24,000 nt of DNA from Syntrophomonadaceae bacterium (GCA_034927445.1 JAYFPZ010000003.1:128974-152973), one strand, 5' to 3'. Positions 14,614-22,759 are shown, numbered from the stretch's first letter. Notes: generated by a model from the sequence alone, not told the origin. A program made the numbers and translations.

Positions 14614-16521
14614 CTAGTCTTTATTAATTAAAAACATCACCTGATCGTATTCAACCGCCTCGGCGTTCTCCACCGCTATATCTACTATGGTCCCGTCATA
14701 TTCCGATTTAATTTCATTCATAAGCTTCATGGCCTCAACTATACAGAGGGTCTGCCCTTTGCTGACATGATCGCCGATCTTGGCGAAAGGTTCAGCATCC
14801 GGGGATGACGCACTGTAAAAAGTTCCAACCATGGGGGCATTTACACTGACAATATTCTCATCAGTCAGGGCCGGCTCGGCTTTTTCCAGCACGGGCAGGT
14901 CGGCGGCCGTACCTGCAGCCGGGACGGACTTGGGTTCACTACTAGATTTGACCGCTTTTCTAAGGTTTATCCGGAAATCATCCTTCTGCAATTCCAGCTC
15001 GGAAATTGTACTCCGGTCAAGGAGCATTATCAACTCACGAATCTCTTCCAAATTCATTTCTTCATCTCCCCTGATAATCGGTGTCTTTTTAATTTTCGGA
15101 GCCTGTTGGGGAGCGGCGTCCCGGCCGGGCTCAATAACAGCTTGAATTACTTCATCCCCTGGCACAATCTGGGGCAGGTCCTCATTATCCCTTGCTTTCA
15201 TGTATTCGAAGAATTTTAAGGCAACCTGGGGAAACAGAATATAGGTAAGAATATCCTCATCTTTATCCGATATATTGAGCATTTCCTGTTTGCCCTTCTC
15301 CCAACCCGGACTAAGCAAATCAGCGGGGCGTACGGTAATAATCTCAGTATCCCCAATAATCTTGGCACTTATATCCTGGTCAATCGGGGCGGGGGGGCTG
15401 CCGTACAGCCCGCGCACGTAATCTTTTACTTCCCCCGGACACAACTTATAGCGCTCCCCCAGCAAAACGTTGAGAACGGCCTGAGTACCAATAATCTGGC
15501 TGGTGGGTGTGACCAGCGGCGGATAACCCAGATCTTTGCGGACCCGAGGTATTTCTTCCAGCACCTCATCCAGGCGGTTGGAGGCTTTCTGCTCTTCCAA
15601 CTGGGAAACAAAGTTGGAAATCATGCCGCCCGGAACCTGGTGCTCAAAAACCTTCATATCGGAGATCTTGGTAACGCCTCGCTCAAACCCTTTGTGGGTG
15701 CGGATCTGCTCAAAATGAGTAGCAATCTCAAACAGATCATGCATATTCAGACCGGTATCCCATTCCGACCCCTGCAGGGCCCTTACAATAGTCTCCACCG
15801 GTGGCTGGGACGAGCCAAAGGCCATGGGAACACTGGCCGTATCAATAATATCAACTCCGGCCTCGGCCGCCTTGATGCATGACACCACCGCCAATCCCCC
15901 GATATAATGAGTGTGCAGCTGAATGGGAAGTCCCACCTTCTCCTTTAACAGTTTGACCAGATCATAAGATACATAAGGCGATAATAATCCCGCCATATCC
16001 TTTATGCAAATGGAGTCGGCCCCCATGGCTTTAAGATTCAAGGCTGTTTCCACAAAATGCTCCATAGTATGCACCGGACTGGTCGTATATACCAGACAGG
16101 CCTGCACGTGCTGGCCTGTTTTCTTGGCAGCCCGCATGCAGGTCTCCAGGTTGCGGATATCGTTTAGGGCATCAAATACCCTGAATATTTCAATACCGTT
16201 TTCAGCGGCTTTCTCAACAAACTTCTCCACCACGTCGTCGGGATAATGGGCATAGCCCACCAACGACTGGCCCCGCAGCAGCATCTGCAGCTTGGTTTGG
16301 CGTATATGCTTGCGGATAAACCTGAGTCTCTCCCATGGATCCTCCATCAAATAGCGGATGCAAACATCAAAAGTGGCTCCGCCCCATACCTCCAAGGAAT
16401 GATAACCGATATTATCCAGCTTGTCTAAGACCGGACGCATGTCAGCGGTGGTCATCCGGGTGGCCCAAAGGCTCTGATGACCGTCGCGCAGGCTGGTATC
16501 GGTAATCTTTATTCTACTCAT
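14614..16521 (-). CDS. pycB: Carboxyltransferase (5S/OadA-type TIM barrel) fused to a C-terminal biotinyl carrier domain: pyruvate carboxylase subunit B / oxaloacetate decarboxylase alpha-like
   Basis: MSRIKITDTSLRDGHQSLWATRM (HMGL-like carboxyltransferase), with C-terminal EAMKLMNEI as the biotin attachment motif. The start was moved from track 16686 to ATG 16521, 5 nt after GGGGGTG. The track extension would read through the spoIIIA terminator. Confidence 0.85.
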   Translation of the reverse strand: MSRIKITDTSLRDGHQSLWATRMTTADMRPVLDKLDNIGYHSLEVWGGATFDVCIRYLMEDPWERLRFIRKHIRQTKLQMLLRGQSLVGYAHYPDDVVEKFVEKAAENGIEIFRVFDALNDIRNLETCMRAAKKTGQHVQACLVYTTSPVHTMEHFVETALNLKAMGADSICIKDMAGLLSPYVSYDLVKLLKEKVGLPIQLHTHYIGGLAVVSCIKAAEAGVDIIDTASVPMAFGSSQPPVETIVRALQGSEWDTGLNMHDLFEIATHFEQIRTHKGFERGVTKISDMKVFEHQVPGGMISNFVSQLEEQKASNRLDEVLEEIPRVRKDLGYPPLVTPTSQIIGTQAVLNVLLGERYKLCPGEVKDYVRGLYGSPPAPIDQDISAKIIGDTEIITVRPADLLSPGWEKGKQEMLNISDKDEDILTYILFPQVALKFFEYMKARDNEDLPQIVPGDEVIQAVIEPGRDAAPQQAPKIKKTPIIRGDEEMNLEEIRELIMLLDRSTISELELQKDDFRINLRKAVKSSSEPKSVPAAGTAADLPVLEKAEPALTDENIVSVNAPMVGTFYSASSPDAEPFAKIGDHVSKGQTLCIVEAMKLMNEIKSEYDGTIVDIAVENAEAVEYDQVMFLINKD

Positions 16522-16544
16522 TTTACACCCCCAGTAAGTAAACG

Positions 16545-16560
16545 GCGCGCAATTCGCGCA
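16545..16560. repeat. 16-nt GC-rich inverted-repeat motif GCGCGCAATTCGCGCA, copy 1
   Basis: Exact 16-mer also found at 22256-22271. It can fold as GCGCG-N5-CGCGC. It lies 24 nt upstream of the pycB start codon. Confidence 0.7.
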
Positions 16561-16578
16561 TTGAATTATAAGGTCTCT

Positions 16579-16613
16579 ATATAAAACATACTCAGGCCTA
16601 TGACCTGAGCATG
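16579..16613 (-). terminator. Rho-independent terminator of the spoIIIA operon
   Basis: Minus strand: CAUGCUCAGG-ucauagg-CCUGAGUAUG (10-bp stem with one mismatch) followed by UUUUAUAUA. It lies about 80 nt after the spoIIIAH stop. Confidence 0.6.
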
Positions 16614-16690
16614 TTATTAATACAGCGATATTTCCATTATATGAATTAAAGCCATTTAAATCAACGTTTTTACGGGATGTATACAAACCG

Positions 16691-17233
16691 CTAGGGCTGG
16701 AGTTTAACCACTGATATGGATTTTCCGGTATTTCCAGTGGCTACACCGACGGTTTTCTTAATAGCTTCCTGTTGGACCGCAGCCAGATTGCCGCTTTCCA
16801 CCATGACTGAAATATTGGTATCGGTAACTACCACCGCGCAATCCTGGAAGCCCTGCGACTTGATCATGGCTTCAGCCTGCATCTCCTTTTCTTCCCGATC
16901 AGCCAGACTGACCAGCTTGAGATTGGCCGCTTCACGCGCCTTGGCCGAAGCGGTCGAGTTGCTGCTGATTTCCCTAAGCAGGCTCATTTCTTTACTGCGC
17001 ACCCTTTCCCTTTCCATGCGGTATTCTGCCAGAAACCCGCTTTCCTGCACTTCAGTCAGGGGCGGACTGACAACTGTATTACTGCTGGTATCGGCCGGTT
17101 CGGCCGCCGTTTTACCGGTGGGAACGGAGGTTGTTTTCAGGCTATAATTGACAAGACCTATACAGATTAAAGGGATAACAACTATGGCCGCAATTATTGC
17201 CAGCAGTTTGACCCGATTCATACTGATAATCAT
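16691..17233 (-). CDS. spoIIIAH: Stage III sporulation protein AH
   Basis: N-terminal TM anchor (VKLLAIIAAIVVIPLICIGL), then FLAEYRMERERVRSKEMSLLREI, as in SpoIIIAH. It is the last gene of the 8-gene operon. Confidence 0.85.
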   Translation of the reverse strand: MIISMNRVKLLAIIAAIVVIPLICIGLVNYSLKTTSVPTGKTAAEPADTSSNTVVSPPLTEVQESGFLAEYRMERERVRSKEMSLLREISSNSTASAKAREAANLKLVSLADREEKEMQAEAMIKSQGFQDCAVVVTDTNISVMVESGNLAAVQQEAIKKTVGVATGNTGKSISVVKLQP

Positions 17234-17814
17234 GGCTGCTCTCCTTTCCGGGCTACAACCCGTACCTGATAGGGTGAAATATTTAACAGCGTGGTGGTGG
17301 CATCGGTAAGCTGTTCCTTAACTCTGCTGTCCTGTGCTCCTTCCGCCACCACCAGCACCCCCACCACCTGGGGAGCACTGTCTTCCACCAATAGCGCCGA
17401 CCCACCGGATATGGCTATATCACTGCTCTGGTTCTCCTCGATTATTGTCCTGGTACCACTGCTGCTGGCTGATTCCTTAGTTTCCCGTTTATCATCCTTG
17501 GTATTGCGGGCATAACTTTTGAGCCCGTCCGAACTCAGGGTAATGCTCACCTGTACTTGTCCGGCGCCATCCACCTGCGCAAGAATAGCCTCCAACTCGG
17601 CGGCCAAATCAGCCTTGGCCTGGACCACTCCTACCTCGGTCTGCAGGGCGGAAGCCGTTGTTTCCACCGGGGAATTGCTTTTCTGCGGCCACAAAATAGT
17701 TAGCAGCCCCAGGCAAATAACTATGGCTACAGTCAGGTAGTTAGCCTTTTTACCCCAGCTTCCCCAGAGACCCTTTTCAGAACTCGAAACTTTCCTTTTC
17801 CATTCATCCAACAC
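17230..17814 (-). CDS. spoIIIAG: Stage III sporulation protein AG
   Basis: Single N-terminal TM, then the C-terminal ring-domain sequence VVGVLVVAEGAQDSRVKEQLTDATTTLLNISPYQVRVVARK. Its position in the operon agrees. Confidence 0.85.
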   Translation of the reverse strand: MLDEWKRKVSSSEKGLWGSWGKKANYLTVAIVICLGLLTILWPQKSNSPVETTASALQTEVGVVQAKADLAAELEAILAQVDGAGQVQVSITLSSDGLKSYARNTKDDKRETKESASSSGTRTIIEENQSSDIAISGGSALLVEDSAPQVVGVLVVAEGAQDSRVKEQLTDATTTLLNISPYQVRVVARKGEQP

Positions 17815-17817
17815 CGC

Positions 17818-18402
17818 TTAACCCCCCTCAAAAATAATCTCTATATCTTCAGCCTTCATGCCATACAGATTGCCCATAACCTGCTGTATTTTAAGCTCGA
17901 TTTGTTCACGTTCAGCTGAACTCAACTCCTCCAAGCCATTGGAAAATACATCTACCTGATCGTTCTCATCCCGGCTGCTGTTTGCACCCGGCCTCACCAT
18001 TAACTTTACTTTTGCCGGACTGCCGTTCCGGTCTACCTCAAGCTCGGTCTGCACCTCCCCGACTCCCGGGACCAACAGGGCTACAGCCGATATTTGTCCC
18101 TCCATTTTCTCTTTCATAATGGCGTTGCTCTGATCCATAATTTGCTGCTCAATTTTTTGACCGCCATCGGTTATAGCTTGAGTGTTTTTCTCAGCAACAC
18201 TGTCATCCCAGACGGAGACCTGAAAACTCTTGTCATCGTAAATATAACTCAAGGCGGGATTCAATATGGCAATTAAGAGAAATAGCCCTATAGCGAATCG
18301 TACAAACGGTTTTATGTTGCCCTCGGGAAGCATGATCTCCAGAAAACTGGACATGATTATTATCACCAACAGATTTCTGACTATCTCGGCGATTATATCC
18401 AT
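17818..18402 (-). CDS. spoIIIAF: Stage III sporulation protein AF
   Basis: Two N-terminal TM helices (LLVIIIMSSFLEIMLP; FAIGLFLLIAILNP) and an acidic soluble C-terminal domain. Its position in the operon agrees. Confidence 0.85.
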   Translation of the reverse strand: MDIIAEIVRNLLVIIIMSSFLEIMLPEGNIKPFVRFAIGLFLLIAILNPALSYIYDDKSFQVSVWDDSVAEKNTQAITDGGQKIEQQIMDQSNAIMKEKMEGQISAVALLVPGVGEVQTELEVDRNGSPAKVKLMVRPGANSSRDENDQVDVFSNGLEELSSAEREQIELKIQQVMGNLYGMKAEDIEIIFEGG

Positions 18403-18413
18403 GTAACCCCTCC

Positions 18414-19610
18414 TTAGCGCAGCATGGTCAGGTTGTTAGACATACCGGCTAAAATAGTGATCATAATAAAGAACATAAATCCCACCGAAGCGGTGGCTGC
18501 CATCAGCAGCATCAGGTGCGTGCTCATGACCTCCAGAATGGCCGCGGTTTTATGGTCTCCCATCGGTTCGACGATAGCTCCCACCAGCTTATAGATCAGA
18601 CCCAGGGCCGCTATTTTTATAATGGGGAAAATAATAATTCCCATAATAATCAGAACCCCGAATATGCCCATAGCATCCTTTAACATGACCACATATCCGG
18701 CCGCCACCTCAATCGTATCCCCCACCATCTTGCCGACCACGGGGATGGCGTTGTCAGTTATAAAACGAGTGGTGCGCAGAGCTACTTTGTCCAAAACCGA
18801 CGCGTAGAGTGCCCTCAAGGTAACCAGGCCCACAAAAATCGTAAGGAAGAAACCCAATGATATCTGGGCGATCTGGGTGCAAAACTTGGCCATTCGCTCA
18901 ACCTTGACGGTTTCTGAAACATGGTTGGCCAGACTGAGCAGGGCCGACATAATTATCAAAGGAAACACGATTACCTTAATGGCATGGGCAAAGGCGGAAG
19001 CCGCCGTCATCAGTATCGGAAAAAGCATCGCGGCTGAATTCACATTGCCGAGACCGGCGACCAGCATCATCATAGGCGGCAGCATACTGACCATAAAATC
19101 AGCCATATTGTCTATAGTCTGATGCCCTATACTCAGCGCTACTTTAAAGGACCCCAAAGCCAAGGCGCATAAAGCCAGGAAACAGACCATATAGGATATC
19201 TTGCCTACCCCCGTTCCGAAAGAACTCTGGAGATTTATCAATAAAGCGGACAGCACCGATAAGATGATTAATTTGGATAAAAGACTGGAATTAGCTACTA
19301 TTTCCTTGAACAGATAGCGGATCAGTCCCTCGGCTACCTGTTTAAAATCAAGCTTCCAGTTGCCTTGGGCAAAATCAGCCATCCATTCCTTTACCGACTT
19401 GTTCTGCAGGAAAAGGTTCTCCTCTCCGTCCATCTGGCTCTTAAACTCTTCCAGGGACTGAAGATCCAGGTTGTCCATGGCATCCTGCCAGGAAAAAGCC
19501 GGTTCGCTTTCATCGGCGGGGGCGGCTGCCGTATATCCCGGCAGGCCCAGCACCACTACCAGCATGATAAAAACTATGCTTAATCTTCTCACCTGCAACA
19601 ACTCGCTCAT
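18414..19610 (-). CDS. spoIIIAE: Stage III sporulation protein AE
   Basis: 398 aa with a signal-like N-terminus (IVFIMLVVVLGLPGYTAAAP), then a multi-pass membrane protein. Its position in the operon agrees. Confidence 0.85.
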   Translation of the reverse strand: MSELLQVRRLSIVFIMLVVVLGLPGYTAAAPADESEPAFSWQDAMDNLDLQSLEEFKSQMDGEENLFLQNKSVKEWMADFAQGNWKLDFKQVAEGLIRYLFKEIVANSSLLSKLIILSVLSALLINLQSSFGTGVGKISYMVCFLALCALALGSFKVALSIGHQTIDNMADFMVSMLPPMMMLVAGLGNVNSAAMLFPILMTAASAFAHAIKVIVFPLIIMSALLSLANHVSETVKVERMAKFCTQIAQISLGFFLTIFVGLVTLRALYASVLDKVALRTTRFITDNAIPVVGKMVGDTIEVAAGYVVMLKDAMGIFGVLIIMGIIIFPIIKIAALGLIYKLVGAIVEPMGDHKTAAILEVMSTHLMLLMAATASVGFMFFIMITILAGMSNNLTMLR

Positions 19611-19616
19611 TCGTTA

Positions 19617-20006
19617 TTATCCGGGCATAAGTTCCATAAGGGATTCTAAAATGGCTACCAGGATAGGCAAGGCCATTACGGCTATGATTATCTTGGCAGC
19701 AAATTCGATTTTCTTGGCCACCGCTTGTTCGCCGGCATCCTGGCATATCACCGCAGCAAACTCCCCCAAATAGGCTACCCCCATAATTTTCAGGATAGTT
19801 CCCAAAAAGAAGTTGTTAATCCCTGCTCTCCGGGTGAGTTCCTGCATAACCTCAATTATGGATGCCAGTTTTCCCATCATGGATAGAAATACCACCACCC
19901 CGAATACGAGGCTTAAAAGAATGGCCATGACCGGTTTCTCCTGCCTTAATACCAGCAGAAATATGGTGGTAATTATGGCTAGTCCAATGACTTGAGTGAT
20001 TTCCAT
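19617..20006 (-). CDS. spoIIIAD: Stage III sporulation protein AD
   Basis: 129-aa polytopic membrane protein. LGTILKIMGVAYLGEFAAVICQDAGEQAVAKKIEFAAKI is typical of SpoIIIAD. Confidence 0.85.
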   Translation of the reverse strand: MEITQVIGLAIITTIFLLVLRQEKPVMAILLSLVFGVVVFLSMMGKLASIIEVMQELTRRAGINNFFLGTILKIMGVAYLGEFAAVICQDAGEQAVAKKIEFAAKIIIAVMALPILVAILESLMELMPG

Positions 20007-20036
20007 AGCCTTGGCCCCCTCCCAGCGCCAGTTGTT

Positions 20037-20231
20037 CTAGAGATTAAATACCGAACGCACCGTAGTGAAGAGCTGGTTCATCAGCTGCACCACCATAATC
20101 AGTACGATAACTACGCCGGCCAGAGTCAGCATTTCTGCCTGCTCCTGTTTCTGGGCCTGTTTCAAGACTATACATAACACCGATATCAGAATACCTATAC
20201 CGGCTATGCGAAAGAGTATATCAATATTCAT
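20037..20231 (-). CDS. spoIIIAC: Stage III sporulation protein AC
   Basis: 64-aa two-TM protein. ILFRIAGIGILISVL...LTLAGVVIVLIMV resembles B. subtilis SpoIIIAC. A strong SD (GAGAGGGGGAG) lies upstream. Confidence 0.85.
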   Translation of the reverse strand: MNIDILFRIAGIGILISVLCIVLKQAQKQEQAEMLTLAGVVIVLIMVVQLMNQLFTTVRSVFNL

Positions 20232-20358
20232 CCCGCTCCCCCTCTCAGTGGATGTGTTTCGACGATTCCATACATACTAATTGGTTAACCCTTGACTCAA
20301 CATTCATATGCAGAGCGAATACAATTTAGGTATGGTCGGTAGATTAATTTGCGCAAGT

Positions 20359-20883
20359 TTATAACAATAACAGAACTACCGTAGCGCCTAATATAAAGCC
20401 GCCGTAGGAACGCAGCTTGCGCCCGGATTCCGCCTCCCGGCGGGCCCGTTCTTCCTGAATGCTCAAATGCTCCTGAATCATAGTGAAAAGCCTTTTCTGC
20501 TCTTCTGCCCCCGACATGCCCATCTGGGAGGAAACCGAATGCAAGACTATGATATCGTCATTATTTAGGTCAGATTGGCGGCGCAGGTTGGACAGGCTTT
20601 GCGACCAGGCTTCATGGATGGTTATTCCCTGCCGGTCCCGCAGGTTGCGGCTGCAATCCTCAAAAAGCCTGCTGGCAGGTGCCGGTATGCATTCAGCGGC
20701 TCGCGCCATAGCCAGGGACAGGGGGGTATGTAAATAGGTGATCTCTTTTTCCAGGAAACGCATGGCTAAGCGGATGTTTTTTATCTGTTCCACGCGCTTA
20801 TCCATACTGCCGGCACTCATTAAACCATAGCTGCCGAACCCGGAAATTATAAAAACCGCACCCACAATCTTTAACCACAGCAT
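20359..20883 (-). CDS. spoIIIAB: Stage III sporulation protein AB
   Basis: 174 aa. MLWLKIVGAVFIISGFGSYGL...IKNIRLAMRFLEKEITYLHTPL parallels the B. subtilis SpoIIIAB N-terminus. It overlaps the spoIIIAA stop. Confidence 0.85.
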   Translation of the reverse strand: MLWLKIVGAVFIISGFGSYGLMSAGSMDKRVEQIKNIRLAMRFLEKEITYLHTPLSLAMARAAECIPAPASRLFEDCSRNLRDRQGITIHEAWSQSLSNLRRQSDLNNDDIIVLHSVSSQMGMSGAEEQKRLFTMIQEHLSIQEERARREAESGRKLRSYGGFILGATVVLLLL

Positions 20884-21839
20884 AATTCATCCCACCTGAC
20901 TACCTGTTCAATGGTCCCCGGCCCGTAACGCCGCGACAGTACAATCAGAGTTTCAAAGGTATGGGTTGTCAATAATTCGCGCAATACCGGACGTTTTTGA
21001 ACTTCATCCAGATTGCGGGCATGTACGCTGGTTACCACTGCTACCCCGGCGTTTACGCAGGCCCGGATCGCTTCTATATCTTCCTGGCGCCCGATCTCAT
21101 CGGTAATCAAAACATGCGGAGCCAGAGAACGAATGGCCATAATCATCCCTTTGGCTTTGGGGCAGGAATCCAGGACATCGGTACGCGGCCCCAGATCCAT
21201 CTGGGCTCTGCCCTGATAGGTCCCGGCCAACTCCGAGCGTTCGTCTATAACCGTTACGTTGCAGCCCCGCCCCCGTTTGGTGCCCTGGGAAAGGTGACGG
21301 GCTACATCACGTAATATGGTGGTTTTGCCGCACCGGGGGGCCGATATAAAAAGTGTATTCACCGGCGCCAGGTCCTGCGGGTAAATATAGGCCATAACCG
21401 CCTGGGAGCAGCCCTTGACCTCCCGGGCAATGCGAAAAGCGATTCCGGAGAAATCCTTGATCGTCTGTATCCCCGAGCTGCCCAGGACCACCTGCCCGGC
21501 CAGTCCCACCCGGTGTCCCCCTGGAATAGTAATAAAGCCGCGGCTTATTTCTTCCTCAAAGGCATACAGGGAGTTATCACTGATAGCTGCAATACTGCGG
21601 TAGATATCGTCTGAGTTTACCAGGTAACCCCGGCTCAGCTCCTCCTGCATTCTGCCGTATTCATCCAGGCCATAATCCCGGTCTCCTATTCGCAAAGCCA
21701 GGGGCTGGCCGCAGCGCAGGCGGATTTCCTCCAAACCCTTGAAATATTCGGATGACATGCTCAACAGCATTTGTTTAATATGCAGAGACAGGAAAGGAAG
21801 GATGTCCTTTTTAATAATGCCCTCATCGCTTGCCGCCAT
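20871..21839 (-). CDS. spoIIIAA: Stage III sporulation protein AA (AAA-type ATPase)
   Basis: Walker A SAPRCGKTTILRD and Walker B VLITDEIG. The start was moved from track 21893 (no SD) to ATG 21839, 5 nt after GGTGGTGA. Confidence 0.85.
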   Translation of the reverse strand: MAASDEGIIKKDILPFLSLHIKQMLLSMSSEYFKGLEEIRLRCGQPLALRIGDRDYGLDEYGRMQEELSRGYLVNSDDIYRSIAAISDNSLYAFEEEISRGFITIPGGHRVGLAGQVVLGSSGIQTIKDFSGIAFRIAREVKGCSQAVMAYIYPQDLAPVNTLFISAPRCGKTTILRDVARHLSQGTKRGRGCNVTVIDERSELAGTYQGRAQMDLGPRTDVLDSCPKAKGMIMAIRSLAPHVLITDEIGRQEDIEAIRACVNAGVAVVTSVHARNLDEVQKRPVLRELLTTHTFETLIVLSRRYGPGTIEQVVRWDELCCG

Positions 21840-22056
21840 AATTTCACCACCTTTTGTTAATAGGGAGATTCGTTGTAATACTTCTTGCGGCATTTCCAGA
21901 TCACTTAATAAATATTGGACTTGGCACTAAAATATGCCAATTATTGAAATGTTTACGGGACTTTTGCCCCATAAATAATAAGGCAATCCCAAGGTATTTC
22001 CTTAAGGCCAAGGGGAATCTAAACAAACGTCCCTTGTCCACAATTTAATGGATTGA

Positions 22057-22084
22057 TTGACAAATAAAAGTTATATAATATAAT
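22057..22084 (+). promoter_or_regulatory. Consensus sigma-A promoter facing the marR-like gene
   Basis: TTGACA (22057-22062), a 16-nt spacer, then TATAAT (22079-22084). Both hexamers are perfect consensus. Confidence 0.6.
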
Positions 22085-22103
22085 TATATTATATAACTTT
22101 TAT
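22064..22103. promoter_or_regulatory. Perfect 40-bp AT-rich palindrome overlapping the spacer and -10 of the promoter (candidate operator)
   Basis: ATAAAAGTTATATAATATAA|TTATATTATATAACTTTTAT. I checked base by base that the left half is the reverse complement of the right half. Confidence 0.8.
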
Positions 22104-22255
22104 CAAACTACTCTTAGAGACCTCTTCCTCTATAGATGGGGGATAACCGATTTCTTCCTCAGGGGTAGTTCAACCCTGACTTAGGAAGCGTTTGATAAAA
22201 ACGCTGGCATGATGCCCACAAAAAGTGAAGAGAAGGCGCTATAGCGCCGCGTTTT

Positions 22256-22271
22256 GCGCGCAATTCGCGCA
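22256..22271. repeat. 16-nt GC-rich inverted-repeat motif GCGCGCAATTCGCGCA, copy 2
   Basis: Identical to 16545-16560. Here it extends to a 7-bp stem TTGCGCG-caatt-CGCGCAA (22254-22272). It ends 26 nt before the proposed TTG start at 22298. Confidence 0.7.
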
Positions 22272-22297
22272 AGCGCTCATTGAATGAGGTGTTGCAT

Positions 22298-22759
22298 TTG
22301 CAAGAGACAGATACAAAATTGGTAAACAGTGTATTGGATGCGCTTGAGTGTGCTAAGGAAGCATTTATATTGATGCCACAGCTGCCTCCCCATATAAAAC
22401 CGGTTTATTGCCGCATTCTTAATGCTATTTATAAGCTTGGAAATTATAGCGATAATCTGCGCATTTCTGACATCAGCAGGATATCTGGATTGCTGCTTCC
22501 CAATGCGACAAAGTTTATCAATGAGATGGCTGAACTAAATATGGTTAAAAAATCCACTTCAGATTCTGACAAACGGGTTGTATTGGTCCAGGTGACTGAA
22601 TTGGGGGAGCAGTGTTATCAACAGTATGTTCTCCGCTTTATCGAAGGATTAGAGGAACAATTTTCCAAAATTGATAGAATCAATTGTTTAATCATGATTG
22701 ATACCATACACGAAGTATATCAAGCAATGCAAACAGTTTATAAAGAAAAAGAAATCTAA
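22298..22759 (+). CDS. MarR-family winged-helix transcriptional regulator
   Basis: LRISDISRISGLLLPNATKFINEMAELNMVKKSTSDSDKRVVLVQVTELGEQ matches the MarR wHTH pattern (HTH, then D-x-R wing, then v-x-lT-x-G). The start is proposed at TTG 22298, 6 nt after GAGGTG. The track start TTG 22280 has no SD. Confidence 0.8.
   Translation: MQETDTKLVNSVLDALECAKEAFILMPQLPPHIKPVYCRILNAIYKLGNYSDNLRISDISRISGLLLPNATKFINEMAELNMVKKSTSDSDKRVVLVQVTELGEQCYQQYVLRFIEGLEEQFSKIDRINCLIMIDTIHEVYQAMQTVYKEKEI

Noticed and set aside
16522-16686. 55-codon N-terminal extension of the 690-aa track ORF (MYTSRKNVDLNG...)
   Set aside because: It has no homology to carboxyltransferases and lacks an SD. It would be translated across the spoIIIA terminator hairpin. 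ATG 16521 has a good SD and begins the conserved MSRIKITDTSLRDGHQ.
21908-21936. Possible sigma-E promoter for spoIIIAA (CATATT - 14 nt - AATATTTAT on the minus strand), and a GGACAAG SpoIIID-like box at 22033-22039
   Set aside because: The -10 match to CATACAhT is weak, and such AT-rich matches are frequent here. A promoter must exist in this region, but I cannot place it from sequence alone.
21921-21940. TTGGCAC-taaaata-TGCCAA inverted repeat, considered as a sigma-54 (-24/-12) promoter
   Set aside because: The GG-to-GC spacing is one nt longer than the consensus TGGCAC-N5-TTGC, and the -12 element reads ATGC. It may still be a regulator site (6-N8-6 inverted repeat), but I cannot support a sigma-54 call.
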